A stretch of 64,000 nt of DNA from the NCBI RefSeq assembly GCF_963921235.1, contig NC_086097.1, positions 96,722,001 through 96,786,000 of the forward strand, read 5' to 3'. The notes below the pieces were generated by a model that was not told where the DNA came from, did not search any database, and saw only the letters and a list, made by a program, of their open reading frames with translations. The stretch is from Mobula hypostoma (Eukaryota). Each line of letters starts with the position of its first letter. Within the stretch, counting starts at the first letter, position 1. Shown here piece by piece: positions 1 to 13,890 of the stretch. The translations under genes and the position numbers were made by a program.

Positions 1-486
1 AAGAATTCATTGAAAGATCATCCTTTGAGGAAGACAGATTCAAAGGCTCATGACTCAAAGAGAGAAAAAAATTGTCTAAATTGGGTCACTTATTTCTCAA
101 GATAGGTCCTAGTTCTAGATTTTCCTTGAAGGATTCATCCTTTCCACTTCCATTCTGCCAAGAACCCTTTTGATCTTGTGTTTCAATCAGGCCACCTATA
201 CGTTTCTAAAGTTTGCCCATTCTCTGTTTGGGAATTAGAGTCAAATAGCACAGAAACCGACCATTTGGTCTACTCTTTGCACACCCGCAAACAAGGTCCT
301 ATTTATGCTAATTCCATCTCCAACACTGAGCCCATAGCCTTCTCTGCCACAGCATTTCAAGAACACACCTAAATACTTCCTAAACTTTCTCTAAACCTCA
401 TCGAATGCACAGAAGTTTTTCTTGAGAATAGTAACTTAGTCTTAATTGCAATCCATTTATTGAGCTCAGATCCATTGTTAGCAAAT

Positions 487-2535
487 TGAATCAGAATCAG
501 AATCAGGTTTAATATCACCGGCATATGTCATGAAATTAGTTGTCTTTCAGCAGCAGAACATTGCAATATATAGTAATAAAAACTATACATTACAATAAGA
601 ACATATAAAAAATAAATTAAATTAGCGCAAAAAGAGAGGGAAAAAGGTACTGAGAAAGTCTTCGTGGGTTCATTATCTATTGAGAAATCTGATGGCGGAG
701 GGGAAGAAGCTGTTTCTGAAATATTGAGTGTCTCTCTTCAGGTTCGTGTACCTCCTCCTTGAAGGGAGCAATAAAAAAAATAGCATGCCCTGGGTGATGG
801 AGCTCCTTAATGATAGATGCCACCTTTCAGCATCTTTTTCCCATCCTACACAGTGGTTCCTCCATACCAGGCAGCGATGCAATAGTGATGCTAATGGTAA
901 TGCACTAGTTAGAACGCTCTGCATGGTACATCTGTTGGTGGTATACCAATACTCCTCAAACTCCTAATGAAATATAGTCATTGTCATGCCTTCTTTGTAA
1001 TTGCATAAATAAGTTCAGCCCAGGATAGGTCCTTAGAGATGTTGACAGCTAGGAACTTGAAACTGCTCTTTCTTTCCACTTTTGATCCACCTATGAGGAT
1101 TGGTGTGTTCCTTTGACTTACATTTTTCCTGAAGTCCACAATCAATTCCTCAGTGTTACTGAGGCTGAGTGAAAGGTTATTGCTGCAACACCACTCATCT
1201 AACTGATCTATCTCAATCCTGTACACCTTCTCGTCACATCTGAAATTCTGCTAATAGTTGTGTCGTCAGCAAACTTACAGATGCCGTTTGAACTGTACCT
1301 AGCCATACAGTCATGGGCATAGAAGAGTTTAGCAGTGGGGTAAGCTTACATCCTTGAGGTGCACCAGTGTTGATTGCCAGCAAGGAGGAGATGTTATTTC
1401 TGAACCACACAGACTATGGTCTCTGGTGAGGAAGTCAAGGATCCAGTTGCAGAGGGAGGTAGAGAGGCCCAGGTATTGGTGCTTGTTGATTGTAACTGAG
1501 GGTATGATTATGTTGAACGGTGGAGCTGTAATCAATAAACAGCAGTCTGACATACGTATTACTATTGTCCAGGTGATCCAAGGTTTAGTTGAGAGCCAGT
1601 GAGGTTATACCCGCTGTACACTTATCGTGATGATAGGCAAATTGCAGCAGGACCAGGTCCTTGCTTAGGCAGGAGTTGATTCTAGCCACGACCAACCTCT
1701 CAAAATACTTCATCACAATGGATGTGAGCGGCATTGGGCGACAGTAATCAAGGCAGCTCACCCAGCTCTTGAGCACTGGAATGATTGTCACCCTTTGGAA
1801 GCAGGTGGGAACCTCTGACTGCAGCACTGAAAGATTGAAGATGCCCTTCAACACTTCTGCCAGTTGGTTAGCACAGGTTTTCAGTGTACCTGGAAGGACT
1901 CTATCAGGGCCTGATGCCATGCAACAGTTCACCCTCTTGAAAGGCAAGGTTTCTGACATCGGCCTCTGAGACAGAGATCACATAGTCATCAGACGCTGCA
2001 GGGATTTGTGCAGGTGTGCTTTATTCTCCCTTTCATAAAGTGTGCATATGAAGCACTGAGCTCATCTGGGCAGGAAGCATCACAGGCATTCATGTTAGGC
2101 TTCACTTTGTAGGAAGTAATGGCCCGCAAACCCTGCCAGAGCTGACGTGTATCCAATTCCATCTCTAATCTTAATTGGAATTGTTTTTTCACTCTTAAAA
2201 TAACCTTCCATAAATCATACCTGGACTTCTTGTATAGTACTGGATCACTGGTCTGGAATGCCACAGACCTAGCTCTCAGCAGATGACAAATCTCCTGTTT
2301 CATCCACAGCTTTTGATTTGGGTGTGCCTAGTACATTACTGAAGGTACACGCTCATCCACAAAGGTTTTGATGAAGTCGGTGACAACTGTGGCCTATTCA
2401 TTCAGACTCAAATACTGTCCAGTCCACTGACTCACAGCAGTTCTGTAAGCACTCCTCTGCCTCCTTGGTCCTCACCACTGGGGCTGCGGTTTTTAGCCTC
2501 TGCCTGTACACTAGCAGTAGGATCACAGCCAGATG
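487..2535 (-). mobile_element. Rex1/Babar-type LINE, 5'-truncated, degenerate reverse transcriptase
   Basis: Minus-strand ORF pieces (..[49 protein letters not shown]-like; FRNSFFPSAIRFLN) and a (GATTCT)n tail at ~487-505. Confidence 0.8.
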
Positions 2536-5195
2536 GAAGTAAAAGAAAGAAGGAATTGCGAAAGCGGACTCAATATATCAAGCACTCTGTGGCATAATAC
2601 CAGAAAAAGACAGTCAAACCTCTGGGATTAGGTGTATGGAAACCTATCATGTTCCAGAAAGGGAACATACCATTCTTTTCTGTCCCACTGAGCAGCAAAG
2701 AGTTCACAACTTTGACTGAAAAACAACACGAGAATTGACAGAAGAAAACTGAAATTTGGAAAAACTTTATATTAAAATATTCATTCTGCTACAATTTTAA
2801 AGTTACTAAACTGGAATTCGGTTTCAATATTGTAATGAGCGACTTAGATGCACCAAGGATTATAATCCTTACAGATTGGTTCCTCAACCATCTCCAATAA
2901 ACTCACTGAAAACAGAATGAGATTAAGAATAATTTAATAGCAGTTTCTACACAGGTAAAAAGCCCAGGGCATTTCATAAATAGAACTATTAGACAAAATC
3001 TTCAAAGACCAGTACAGGAAGTATGCCCAAGTCTTCAGGTTTTAAGGAGGATCACAAAGGAGAAGGTAGAAGTGGAAAGCTAGAGTAACTCCCTGGGAAG
3101 TTCAAAATGGTGCGGTGAGGAAAGAGAAGGAACCAGAGGCCAAGTTCAGAGGAAGGATGATTTATGAGTGAGAGTAAAGTGCAGAGGTAGGCAAGGATGA
3201 AACAAAAACTAAAGCATGAATGAGGATTTTAGCAGCAAGATAGGTTGAGACATGGATGAAGTCACGTGACAGAGGTGGAAGCAGGAGGTCTTTATGATGC
3301 ACAGGTTTATGGGTTCAGCTCAGCCTGAAGAAAAATAGGACCCCACTGTTCCTTTGCTTGAAAACCAGCGTGAGAATTATCCGGATATGAAAACAGAAAT
3401 TTGGAAAATATTTAAATTATACCAGAATAAATAAATCACTGTTCCTCTGTTCCTTTACAGTTTGGTTCACCATGGACTGGAATGAAGAAGGAAACAGAGC
3501 TTGAGAGAGAAACTGGAGAAACTCACCTTCTCACTCTTTGATTAGAAGAAAGTATGATTCATCTAGGAGTGAGACTAGCAGGCTGTCAATACACAGATCT
3601 TGGAGAAGTCAAGCGAGGTCATGGGAAAGTGGAGCAGAATCACCATCTTCACATGAATTAATTTACATTGTAATATTTTAAACCCTTTTTTAATTCTTTA
3701 GGTGAGTTTACAGTTCTGAAACAGTAAATGTTACCAGGCCAGCAACTGAAGCCTGGATCAGAAAAGAAATAGAAGGCAGAAATGCAAGACAGCTGTAGAA
3801 TTTAATTTTAATTAACAATCTGGAATATAAAAATACTTATGATTGTTACAAAAAACATATCTAGCTCATTAATGCCCTTCATGGGAGGGAGTGTGTTGTC
3901 CTTGTTCTCTTGGGCCTGTGTGTGACCCCAAGCCTACAGTCATGTAGTTGACTCTTCGCTAATTTTGAAGAAGCTTAGCAAGTCTCTCTCAACCACTACA
4001 ATGAAACAGCTGGACTGCAGCAGTTCTCCAGCACATTCGGGGACAACAAAAGTTGGCTTTGCTGGCATCCAAGGTATCAATAAATAAAATAAATTAAATA
4101 AACAGTATTCCCCCAATTACATCCTTGACAGACTAGTATAATCCATTCTGTAAAGCATTTGATTCTCAGAGGGAATAACACCTCTTCACCCACAATGATC
4201 CTGACTATCCCAAACTAAAGTTCAGAAATTAATGGAGAGATAATCAAGCCCAAAGTTGAAGAAGTTATAAGTACTGTGGAATATTTTTAAAAAATCACAC
4301 AAGCCCGCAGTTTCCTTAAAAACTTCCACTCCTTTCCTAGGTAGGTCTCCAATTCTTTTTCAAACAGTTAATCAAGGCAACATGGTCTGTTCCATATAAC
4401 CACTACCCTGTGGGGTGGGGGTGGGGGTGGGGTAAAAATTCCAGCTCTGCTTGAGGTTTGCTAATTTTGAAGTTTATGCGCTGGCTTTGTCTTCATAGTC
4501 CAAACCAAACAAATACCCTGTATCTACATAATCTCTGCCCTTAGCATTTTAAATACCTGGATTGAGTCACCCACCCAATCATCTCTCCTCCAAAGAAAAC
4601 AAAGTTTTAACATTGTGTATCTCCCCTTCCAATTCTTGAATTCCACAATCTTTCTGCTGCACTTACTCAAAACTTCACCAATGCCTTTCAAAAGGCAAGA
4701 TAACCTTTTAGGAAGGCAAAGTGAGAAATGGCTTTTATTGTAAGGAAATGAGTTCACTCATTTTCTATTGTGTAGGTTGCTTGCCAAAACACCCCATTAT
4801 ATTGTACTGATTACAGTCTAACATATCTATAGTGTCTGATGTTATTTGGGGTGAAAGGTGCATTTACAGAATTTACTTTAATTTGACATGGTGGACGAGT
4901 CAGATCCATGAAGAAAAATAATAGTCTGAACTCCAAAGGCATTTATTTTCCCATTTTAACACAAAGTAGCTTCCTTTGGCTCAGAATTTCCAATCTGCAA
5001 TGAGTATCTTTTGCTTGTAACATACTTGCATGCCAGAGGCAAATGACCTTTCACGGATATCCTGCTGTCAATTTCCTTGTTTAAGCTGATTTGCAATGGC
5101 AAGGTTATGAATATGTTAAACTGCTCATGATACTCCAAGTGTGGACTGACCAATGCATTACAAAGTCTCAGCATTATATCCTTGATTACATCCTA

Positions 5196-6070
5196 GTCTT
5201 GTGTGGCTCGGCATAGCTCAAACAGCATCTATAAATTTGCTTCAGATGGTGATGAAAGGGCATACAACAGCAAGTTGAGTGGTGTCACAGCAACAACCTT
5301 GCACTCAACCAAAGAGCTGATTGTGGACTTCAGGAAGGGTAAGATGAGGGAACACAAACCAATCCTCACAGAGGGATCAGAAGTGGAGAGAGTGAGCAAT
5401 TTCAAGTTCCTGGGTGTCAATATCTCTGAGGACCAAATCTGGACATAACATATTGATGCAACTATAAAGAAGGCAAGACAGTGATGAAATTTCATCAGGA
5501 GTTTGAGGAGATTAGATTTGTCAACTAAAACACTTGAAAAATTCTACAAATGTACCATGGAGAGCATTCTGACAAGCTGCATCACTGTCTGGTATGGGGT
5601 GAAGGTGGGGGGGGGGGTGCTACTGCACAAGATCGAAATAAGTTGCAGAAACTTGTAAGCTCTATTATGGGTATCAGCCTTCATAGCATCCAAGACATCT
5701 TCATGGAGCAGTGCCTTAGGAAGGCGGCATCCATCATTAAGGACCACCCAGGACGTGCCCTCTTCACACAGTTACCATCAGGAAAGAGTTAAAAAGCCTG
5801 AAGGCACACACTCAGCAATTCAAGAACAGCTTCTTCCCCTCTGCCATCCGATTTCTAAATGGATATTGAACCTGTGAACACCACTCCACTACTTTTTCTT
5901 TTAAATTTTTCTTTCTTTGCACTACTTAACTATTTTAACTATACACACACACACACTTGATGTAACTCAGTGTTTTTTTTCTATATTTACTTATAATATC
6001 ATTGTACTGCTGCCGCTAAGTTAACAAATTTCATGACGTATTTCAAGTGATATTAAACCTGATTCTGATT
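5196..6070 (+). mobile_element. Rex1/Babar-type LINE 3' fragment
   Basis: TKELIVDFRK..VERVSNFKFLGV, CLRKAASIIKD; ends in aaacctgattctgatt. Confidence 0.75.
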
Positions 6071-6270
6071 CCCCTTGAAACAGATGCTAACATTGCACTT
6101 GACTTCCTTATAACCGACTCAATCTGAAAACTAACCTTTCAGGAATTCTGCACAAGGACTCCCAAGACCCTTTGCACCTGATTTGTGAATTTGGTCCCTG
6201 TTTAGAAAATAGTCCACACCTTTATTCCTTCTACCAAAGTGCATGACCATATACTACCCCACACTGTATT

Positions 6271-7206
6271 AAACGCAAACAACAGGAATTCTGCAGATGC
6301 TGGAAATTCAAGCAACACACATCAAAGTTGCTGGTGAACACAGCAGGCCAGGCAGCATCTGTAGGAAGAGGTGCAGTCGACGTTTCAGGCCGAGACCCTT
6401 CGTCAGGACTAACTGAAGGAAGAGTGATTAAGGGATTTGAAAGTTGGAGGGGGAGGGGGAGATCCAAAATAATAGGAGAAGACAGGAGGGGGAGGGATGG
6501 AGCCAAGAGCTGGACAGTTGATTGGCAAAAGGGGATACGAGAGGATCATGGGACAGGAGGTCCGGGAAGAAAGACAAGGGGGGGGGACCCAGAGGATGGG
6601 CAAGAGGTATATTCAGAGGGACAGAGGGAGAAAAAGGAGAGTGAGAGAAAGAATGTGTCATTAAAATGAGTAACAGATGAGGTATGAGGGGGAGGTGGGG
6701 CATTAGTGGAAGTTAGAGAAGTCGATGTTCATGCCATCAGGTTGGAGGCTACCCAGACGGAATATAAGGTGTTGTTCCTCCAACCTGAGTGTGGCTTCAT
6801 CTTTACAGTAGAGGAGGCCGTGGATAGACATGTCAGAATGGGAATGGGATGTGGAATTAAAATATGTGGCCACTGGGAGATCCTGCTTTCTCTGGCGGAC
6901 AGAGCGTAGATGTTCAGCAAGGTGGTCTCCCAGTCTGCGTCGGGTCTCGCCAATATATAAAAGGCCACATCGGGAGCACCGGACGCAGTTTATCACCCCA
7001 GTCGACTCACAGGTGAAGTGTTGCCTCACCTGGAAGGACTGTTTGGGGCCCTGAATGGTGGTAAGGGAGGAAGTGTAAGGGCATGTGTAGCACTTGTTCC
7101 GCTTACACGGATAAGTGCCAGGAGGGAGATCAGTGGGGAGGGATGGGGGGGACGAATGGACAACGGAATTGTGTAGGGAGCGATCTCTGCGGAATGCAGA
7201 GAGAGT
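6271..7206 (-). mobile_element. Penelope-like element 3' part (GIY-YIG endonuclease region plus pseudo-LTR)
   Basis: ORF 6703-7239 with CxxC..LYIGETRRRL..EHLRSV..VATYFN..LEEQHLIFRLGSLQPDGMN; 10-bp TSD acactgtatt at 6261-6270 and 7207-7216. Confidence 0.85.
6375..6410 (-). ncRNA. Minimal type I hammerhead ribozyme motif
   Basis: Reverse complement AGTC-CTGACGA-AGGGTCTCGGCCT-GAAAC-GTC-GACT: core CUGANGA/GAAA, GUC cleavage triplet, stem I AGTC/GACT. Confidence 0.75.
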
Positions 7207-7839
7207 ACACTGTATTACATCAGCCACTTTCTTGTCCATTCTAATTTACCCAAGTCCTTCTGCAGAGTACCCATTTCCTCAACATTACCTGCCCCTCCAT
7301 CTATTTTTATATCATCTGCAAACTTGGCCACAAAGCCATCAAAATCATTGACACATAACGTGAAACTACGTATACCCTTGCAGCATACTTTTCCTATCAT
7401 TTTCTCAGCAGCAAACTCAGATACATTATGTAATGCACTGTGTAATGATTTGATCTGTATGAGCAGTATGCAAGGCAAGCTTTTCGCTCTATTTTAGTAC
7501 CTGTGACAATAATAAAACAATTCCAGTGTTACTTCATTCCAAGAGCCCTTATTTTGTGCAGTAATCTTTTGAGCCACACCTTACCAAATTCCTTTTGCAT
7601 GTCTACACCTGCTAAATTTTATCTGCTCTGTTCCCTACCTGTACATGTACTGTAAAAATACCCATTTATCCACCCAGGTGTGAGGAATAGAAAAATGTCA
7701 CGGATTGCACTCTAAGTTAGAGTTATGGTAATCTTTTGGTGATATATTTAATGCATCGATTCATCTGCAGCATCAAAAATCTTATCTTGATCCATAGTAA
7801 TCATTCCAGTCATTTTTCAGAACAGGATTCTACATGTTT

Positions 7840-8790
7840 GTCATTTAATACAGATGCACCAAACCTAGATGCATCACAACTTGGTATGGCAACTGCTGTG
7901 CCCAAGAACACAAGAAATTGAGGCGAATGCAGCCCAGTCCATCACGCAAACCAGCCTCCTCTCCAGTGAGGCTGTACACATTTCCGGTTGCTTTGGGTGA
8001 GCAGCTGACAGAATCAAGGACCCCTCCCACCCAAGTCATTCTGCTTGTTGTCCCCTTTCATCAGGTAGAAGACACAAAAGCTTTCAGAACATGTACCATC
8101 AGTCTCAAGGATAGCTTCAACCTGACTGCAATAAGGCTGCTGAATGGACCTCTTATTTGATAAAGATTATTCTCTCAATCTTCTTTATCATGGCCTACAG
8201 GCACTGCACTTTCTGTAACTGCTACACTATATTCTGCATTGTGTTTTCCCCCTTATATGCTATTTAGATGAACCATTCTGAAATGTTTTGAGCGGCTGGT
8301 CATGGAGCACATTAAAGCCTTTCTGCTGGCTACACCGGACCCTTTGCAGTTCGCTTATCACGGAAATCAATCCACTGATGATGCAATAGCCTCTGCCCTC
8401 CGCTCTGTCCTGTCCCACCAAGAAAATGGGTCACATGTGCCAGACTGCTGTTTATAAACTTCAGTTTGGTGTTGTATAGGCAAGGCCCTTAGTATTATGA
8501 AGGATCCCACCCATCTATCCAGCATCCTCTTTGACTATCTACCATCAGGAAGGAGACTATGATACACAAAAACTAAAATGGTCAGGATGAGAAACAGTTT
8601 CTTCCCCCCAGGCCATCAGGCTTCTGAATTCCCACCCAAATCGTATTCAAAGTGTCACTGGTTAATCTGTTCCCTACCTTACAATATTCAATATTAATGT
8701 ACTTTAGGTTGTTATTTATGTGGGATTCATCTGTACATTTTATTCTTACCTTTATAAGTTATGTGCTTTAAACCCTGGCTCAGAGAAAAT
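7840..8790 (+). mobile_element. Degenerate Rex1/Babar LINE fragments
   Basis: LKDSFNLTAIRLLNG; DPLQFAY-like segment at ~8335. Confidence 0.55.
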
Positions 8791-8808
8791 TTGCCTCATT
8801 TCTATATT

Positions 8809-11273
8809 CAGTTGCAAGAAAAAGTTTGTGAACCTTGGTTTTCTATATTAGTTACTCATAAAATGTGGTCTGATCTTCATCTAAGTCACAACAATAGACA
8901 AACACAATCTGCCTAAACCAATAACACACAAACAATTGTACTTTTCATGTCTTTATTGAACATATTGTTTAATCATTCACAGTCTAGGATGGAAAAAGTA
9001 TGTGAACCCTTGTATTTAATAATTGGTAGAACCTCCTTTTGCAGTAATAACCTCCACCAAACTTTCCTGTAGCTGTTGATCAGACTTGCTCAATGGTGAG
9101 GAGAAAATTGAGACCATTCCTCCATACAAAACTGTTTCAGTTCATCAATATGTCTGGGATACCTTGCATGAAAAGCCCTCTTCAGGTCATGCCACAGCAT
9201 CTCAATTGGGTTAAGGTTTGGACTCTGCCTCAGCCGTTCCAAAACACAAATTTTCTTCTTTTTAAACCATTCTGTTGTTGATTTACTCGTGTTTTGGATC
9301 ATTGTCTCGTACATCATCCAACTTCTATTAAGCTTTAGGTGACAGACTGCTACCCTGACATTCTCCTGTAAAATGTTTTGATACAGTTTTGAATTCATTG
9401 TTCCTGCAAAGATTGCAAGCTGTACAGGTCCTGAGGCAGCAAACCAGCCCCAAACCATAATGTACCTTCCCCCATGCTTCACAGTTGGCATGAGGTTTTG
9501 GTGTTGGTGTGCAGTGCCCTTTTTCCTCCCAATATAATGGTGTGCAGTTCTGCCAAGGAGTTCAATATTTGTCCCATCTGTCCACAGATCATTGTCCCAG
9601 AGGCATTGTGGAACACACAGTTAGTCTTTTGCAAACTTGAAATGTGCAGCCTTATTTGTTTTTTTGGACGGTGTTGTTTTCTAGAAACATAGAAAACTTA
9701 CAGCATAATACAGGCCCTTCGGCCCACAATGCTGTGCCGAACATGTACTTACTTTAGAAATTACCTACGATTATCGATAGCTCTCAATTTTTCTAAGCTC
9801 CATGTACTTATCCAGAGTCTCTTAAAAGACCCGATTGTATCCGTCTCCACCACCATCGCCAGCAGCCCATTCCACGCTCACCACTCTCTGTGTAAAAAAC
9901 TTATCCCTGACATCTCCTCTGTACCTACTTCCAAGCATCTTAAAACTGCGCCCCCTCGTGTTAGTCATTTCAGCCCTGGGAAAAAGCCTCTGACTATCCA
10001 CATGATCAATGCCTCTCATCATCTTGTACACCTCTATCAGGTCACCTCTCATCCTCCGTCACTCCAAGGAGAAAAGGCCGAGTTCACTCAACCTGTTCTG
10101 ATAAGGCATGCTCCCCAATCCAGGCAACATCCTTGTAAATCTCCTCTGCACCCTTTCTATAGTTTTCACATCCTTCCTGTAGTGAGGCGACCAGAACTGA
10201 GCACAGCACTCCAAGTGGGGTCTGACCAGGATCGTATATAGCTGTAACATTACCTCTCAGCTCTTGAACTAAGTCCCATGGTTGATGAAGGCCAATACAC
10301 CGTACGCCTTCTTAACCACACAACCTGTGCAGCAGCTTTTAGTGTCCTATGGATTCAGACCCCAAGGTCCCTCTGATCCTCCACACTGCCAAGAGTCTTA
10401 CCATTAATACTATATTCTGCCATCATATTTGACCTACCAAAATGAACCACCTCACACTTATCTGGGTTGAACTTCATCTGCCACTTCTCAGCCCATTTTT
10501 GCATCCTATCGATGTCTCGCTGTAACCTCTGACAACCCTCCACACTATCCACAACACCCCCAACCTTTGTGTCATCAGCAAACTTACTAACCCATCCCTC
10601 CACTTCCTCATGCAGGTCATTTGTAAAAATCACAAAGAGAAGGGGTCCCAGAACAGATCTCTGAGGCACACCACTGGTCACCGACCTCCATCCAGAATAC
10701 AACCAGCCTACAACCACTCTTTGCCCTCTGTGGGCAAGCCAGTTCTGGATCCACAAAGCAAGGTCCCCTTGGATCCCATGCCTTCTTACTTTCTCAATAA
10801 GCCTTGCATGGGGTACCTTATCTTGTCTTTTCATGAACACCATTCGTGTTCAGTGTTTTTGTTATAGTGGACACATGAACAGGGACTTCAGCAAGTTCTA
10901 GAGATCTCTGCTGGTTTTTGTTGTTACCACTTGGGTTCATTTTCACCTCCTTCAGCTCATTGATTGGAACGAAAACCAATTTCCCCCGGGATTAATAAAG
11001 TATGACTATGACTATGAGCACCTGATTCCAAATAGCTTTTGTAGAAGGCATGACCCCAGAGGTTTACATACTTTTTTGAACCTAGACTGTGATTGTTTAA
11101 ATAGTGTACTCAGCATTGACAAGAAGTAGTACAATTGTTTGTGTGTTATTAGTTTAGGCAGATTGTGTTTGTCTATTAATGTGATTTTGATGAAGACCAG
11201 ACCATATTTTATGTGTAATTAATGCAGAAAACCAAGTAATTGCAGAGTGTTCACAAACTGATTCTTGCAAATG
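8809..11273 (-). mobile_element. Tc1-type DNA transposon with long IR/DR termini, defective and interrupted by CR1
   Basis: TIRs ~8809-9010 and ~11061-11273; ORF 9090-9491 PTVKHGG..MVWG..SPNLNPIEMLW. Confidence 0.85.
9681..10820 (-). mobile_element. CR1 LINE 3' fragment nested in the Tc1 element
   Basis: SGVPQRSVLGPLLF..SKFADDTK; VRPHLECC; RGDLIEVYK; tail at 9681-9695. Confidence 0.9.
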
Positions 11274-11731
11274 TACATTATATGGTTATATACATTATAT
11301 ACATGTATATAGTTAAATGACAATAAACTTGACTTGACTACCTAGATGTACTCATGGTGGAATGATCTCCCTGATTAGCTTGTAAGTAAGAGTTTTTCAC
11401 TGTATTGCACTACATGTCACAATAATAAACCAGTTACCCAAATACTCAGTTTTTAAAGGTTTTAAGAAACAGTTTCACTCCTTTTATTTTAAACATATGT
11501 TCAACATAGAAAACAAACCCTCTTCGTCCCTTCCTGTTCCTTCTGATCTGATCTGCTAATTTCTCAAGAATCATCAGAAGTAGCTCAGTGGAAATCACAT
11601 GTGACAGCAGACCTGACATTACAATTTTAACGCAAACAACAGGAATTCAGCAGATGATGGAAATTCAAACAACACACATAAAAGTTGCTGGTGAACGCAG
11701 CAGGCCAGGCAGCATCTCTAGGAAGAGGTGC

Positions 11732-11767
11732 AGTCGACGTTTCAGGCCGAGACCCTTCGTCAGGACT
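11732..11767 (-). ncRNA. Minimal hammerhead ribozyme motif
   Basis: Same 36-nt motif as 6375-6410. Confidence 0.75.
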
Positions 11768-12445
11768 AACTGAAGGAAGAGTGAGTAAGGGATTTGAAAG
11801 TTAGAGGGGGAGGGGGAGATCCAAAATGATAGGAGAAGACAGGAGGGGGAGGGATGGAGCCAAGAGCTGGACAGGTGATAGGCAAAAGGCAAACCTTTTA
11901 TATATTGGCGAGACGCGACACAGACTGGGAGACTGCTTTGCTGAACATCTACGCTCTGTCCGCCAGAGAAAGCAGGATCTCCCAGTGGCCACACATTTCA
12001 ATTCCACATCCCATTCCCATTCTGACATGTCTATCCACGGCCTCCTCTACTGTAAAGATGAAGCCACACTCAGGTTGGAGGAACAACACCTTATATTCCG
12101 TCTGGGTAGCCTCCAACCTGATGGCATGAACATCGACTTCTCTAACTTCCACTAATGCCCCACCTCCCCCTCATACCCCATCTGTTACTCATTTTTATAC
12201 ACACATTCTTTCTCTCACTCTCCTTTTTCTCCCTCTGTCCCTCTGAATATACCCCTTGCCCATCCTCTGGGTCCCCCCCCCGTCTTTCTCCCCAGACCTC
12301 CTGCCCCATGATCCTCTCTTATCCCTTTTGCCAATCACCTGTCCAGCTCTTGGCTCCATCCCTCCCCCTCCTGTCTTCTCCTATCATTTTAGATCTCCCC
12401 CTCCCTCTCCCACTTTCAAATCTCTTACTAACTCTTCCTTCAGTT

Positions 12446-12481
12446 AGTCCTGACGAAGGGTCTCGGCCTGAAACGTCGACT
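12446..12481 (+). ncRNA. Minimal hammerhead ribozyme motif
   Basis: agtcctgacgaagggtctcggcctgaaacgtcgact. Confidence 0.75.
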
Positions 12482-12683
12482 GCACCTCTTCCTTGTGATG
12501 CTGCCTGGCCTGCTGCGTTCACCAGCAACTTTTATGTGTGTTGCTTACAATTTTAAGTTTACTCATGCATCTAATCTCTAGTGCAAATTTTGATCTGAAC
12601 TGCTCCAAGAAGCGAACAAGGATGATCTTTAACCATTTATAATAAAAATAAAAGCTGCAACCCAAACTTCTTCCTTGACTAAC

Positions 12684-12753
12684 CTGCTTTGGGGTTATCT
12701 GGGTTCTTGTCAGGATGACACTTCAAAGCCTTTTGTCTGTATGCTTTCTTTAT
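12684..12753 (-). CDS. DNAJC17: DnaJ homolog subfamily C member 17, coding exon 2 (J-domain HPD)
   Basis: ttcacag|[23 protein letters not shown]|gttagt; 70 bp; in frame with exon 1; matches recalled human [23 protein letters not shown]. Confidence 0.95.
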
Positions 12754-13890
12754 CTGTGAAAACATGGGGAAAAATACAAAATAATCAGGAACAAAATCTA
12801 CAAACTGAGTTAATTTACAACAATGAACTTGGGAAGTGTCAGCTAAACAAAACAACAAAGTTGAGTTGTGAATAACAAAAGTAAAACCAAATCAAAAAGC
12901 AACAGAGTTTAAGCAATAAACTTACCTTCCAGTAAGATAGCAGCACGTCGATCACAGAGGCTTCTATGGGGTCAACCAAGGGTGTTACTGTCTTTTTTTT
13001 AAAAACGTATTTGTTATGACTGCAAGACCCTGCTGAACATTAAGGTACTGCAGGTCTACCCATTAGTGAGTTGCTCATTGGTGGAGAAGCTGAAGGAGCA
13101 GATTGTGCTGCTACATGCGTCAGAGGTGTTGATGCACGAAGGCAGTGTGTAGTCTAACAGCAAGTGATTGTTTCAATTTCAAGACCCTGTTGGACACTGC
13201 TAATGTGGAATGCTGCAAGTCCGATTCACTGATCTGTTGGCGGACGATGGGGGAGCTGCGTGGCCTCAGTTGTAGCAAGGACTAAACCTCAAGCTGTGGT
13301 GTTGCCTGTTTACAGCCGCCCAGGAAAGAGGAGTTGGTATGTTCCACCAGAGGTCATGTGGCATGGCGTCCAAGCTTTAAGTGGTGCTCTCCCCAGTATT
13401 TGCTCAGCAGAAGACAACTGTATTTGTGTTCAATTGCAGACTGCTGCAACTTTCATGGACTCAGGGAATTGGACTATACTTTTTTTGTGTGGCTGTATCT
13501 TACTGATATCATATAGCACATACAAGATAGCAAGCACATATATGTGCCTTATGCTGTGTGTGACTGATGGTACTGAGCTTTGCGGTACCTTGGCCCCAGA
13601 GTAATGCTGACTTTTGGCTGTATTTATGGGTATTCATGTATGGTTGAATGACAATTAAATGAATACTATGGCAATGGCAAGATTCCACACTAAAATGCAA
13701 AAAAAAATTGAATCTGGTTACATGTTTTATACTGTCACTACTGAGTCAGGAAACACTGAGTAAGCAATGGAGTGAACTCATTGCTGACAACATACTGCCA
13801 TACATAGGAATTCATCATACTCTAGCTCCACGGACCCAGAGGCTAGATCATAGGGCTTATTCATGTTCAAGATAGAATCTTAAATACAGT

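Larger units (their letters stand above)
6075..7365 (-). mobile_element. CR1 LINE fragment split by the Penelope-like insertion at 6271-7206
   Basis: VAKFADDIKI in ORF 7215-7478; continuation at 6075-6270. Confidence 0.65.
11631..12544 (+). mobile_element. Penelope-like element with an inverted pseudo-LTR copy
   Basis: 11631-11890 is an inverted copy of ~12320-12544; GIY-YIG C-terminus at 11895-12155; 12-bp TSD ttacaattttaa at 11619-11630 and 12545-12556. Confidence 0.85.

Noticed and set aside
1..12683. DNAJC17 exon 3 onward and the C15orf62/GCHFR neighbours
   Set aside because: I found no matching coding sequence; they probably lie left of the window, though a short exon could have been missed.
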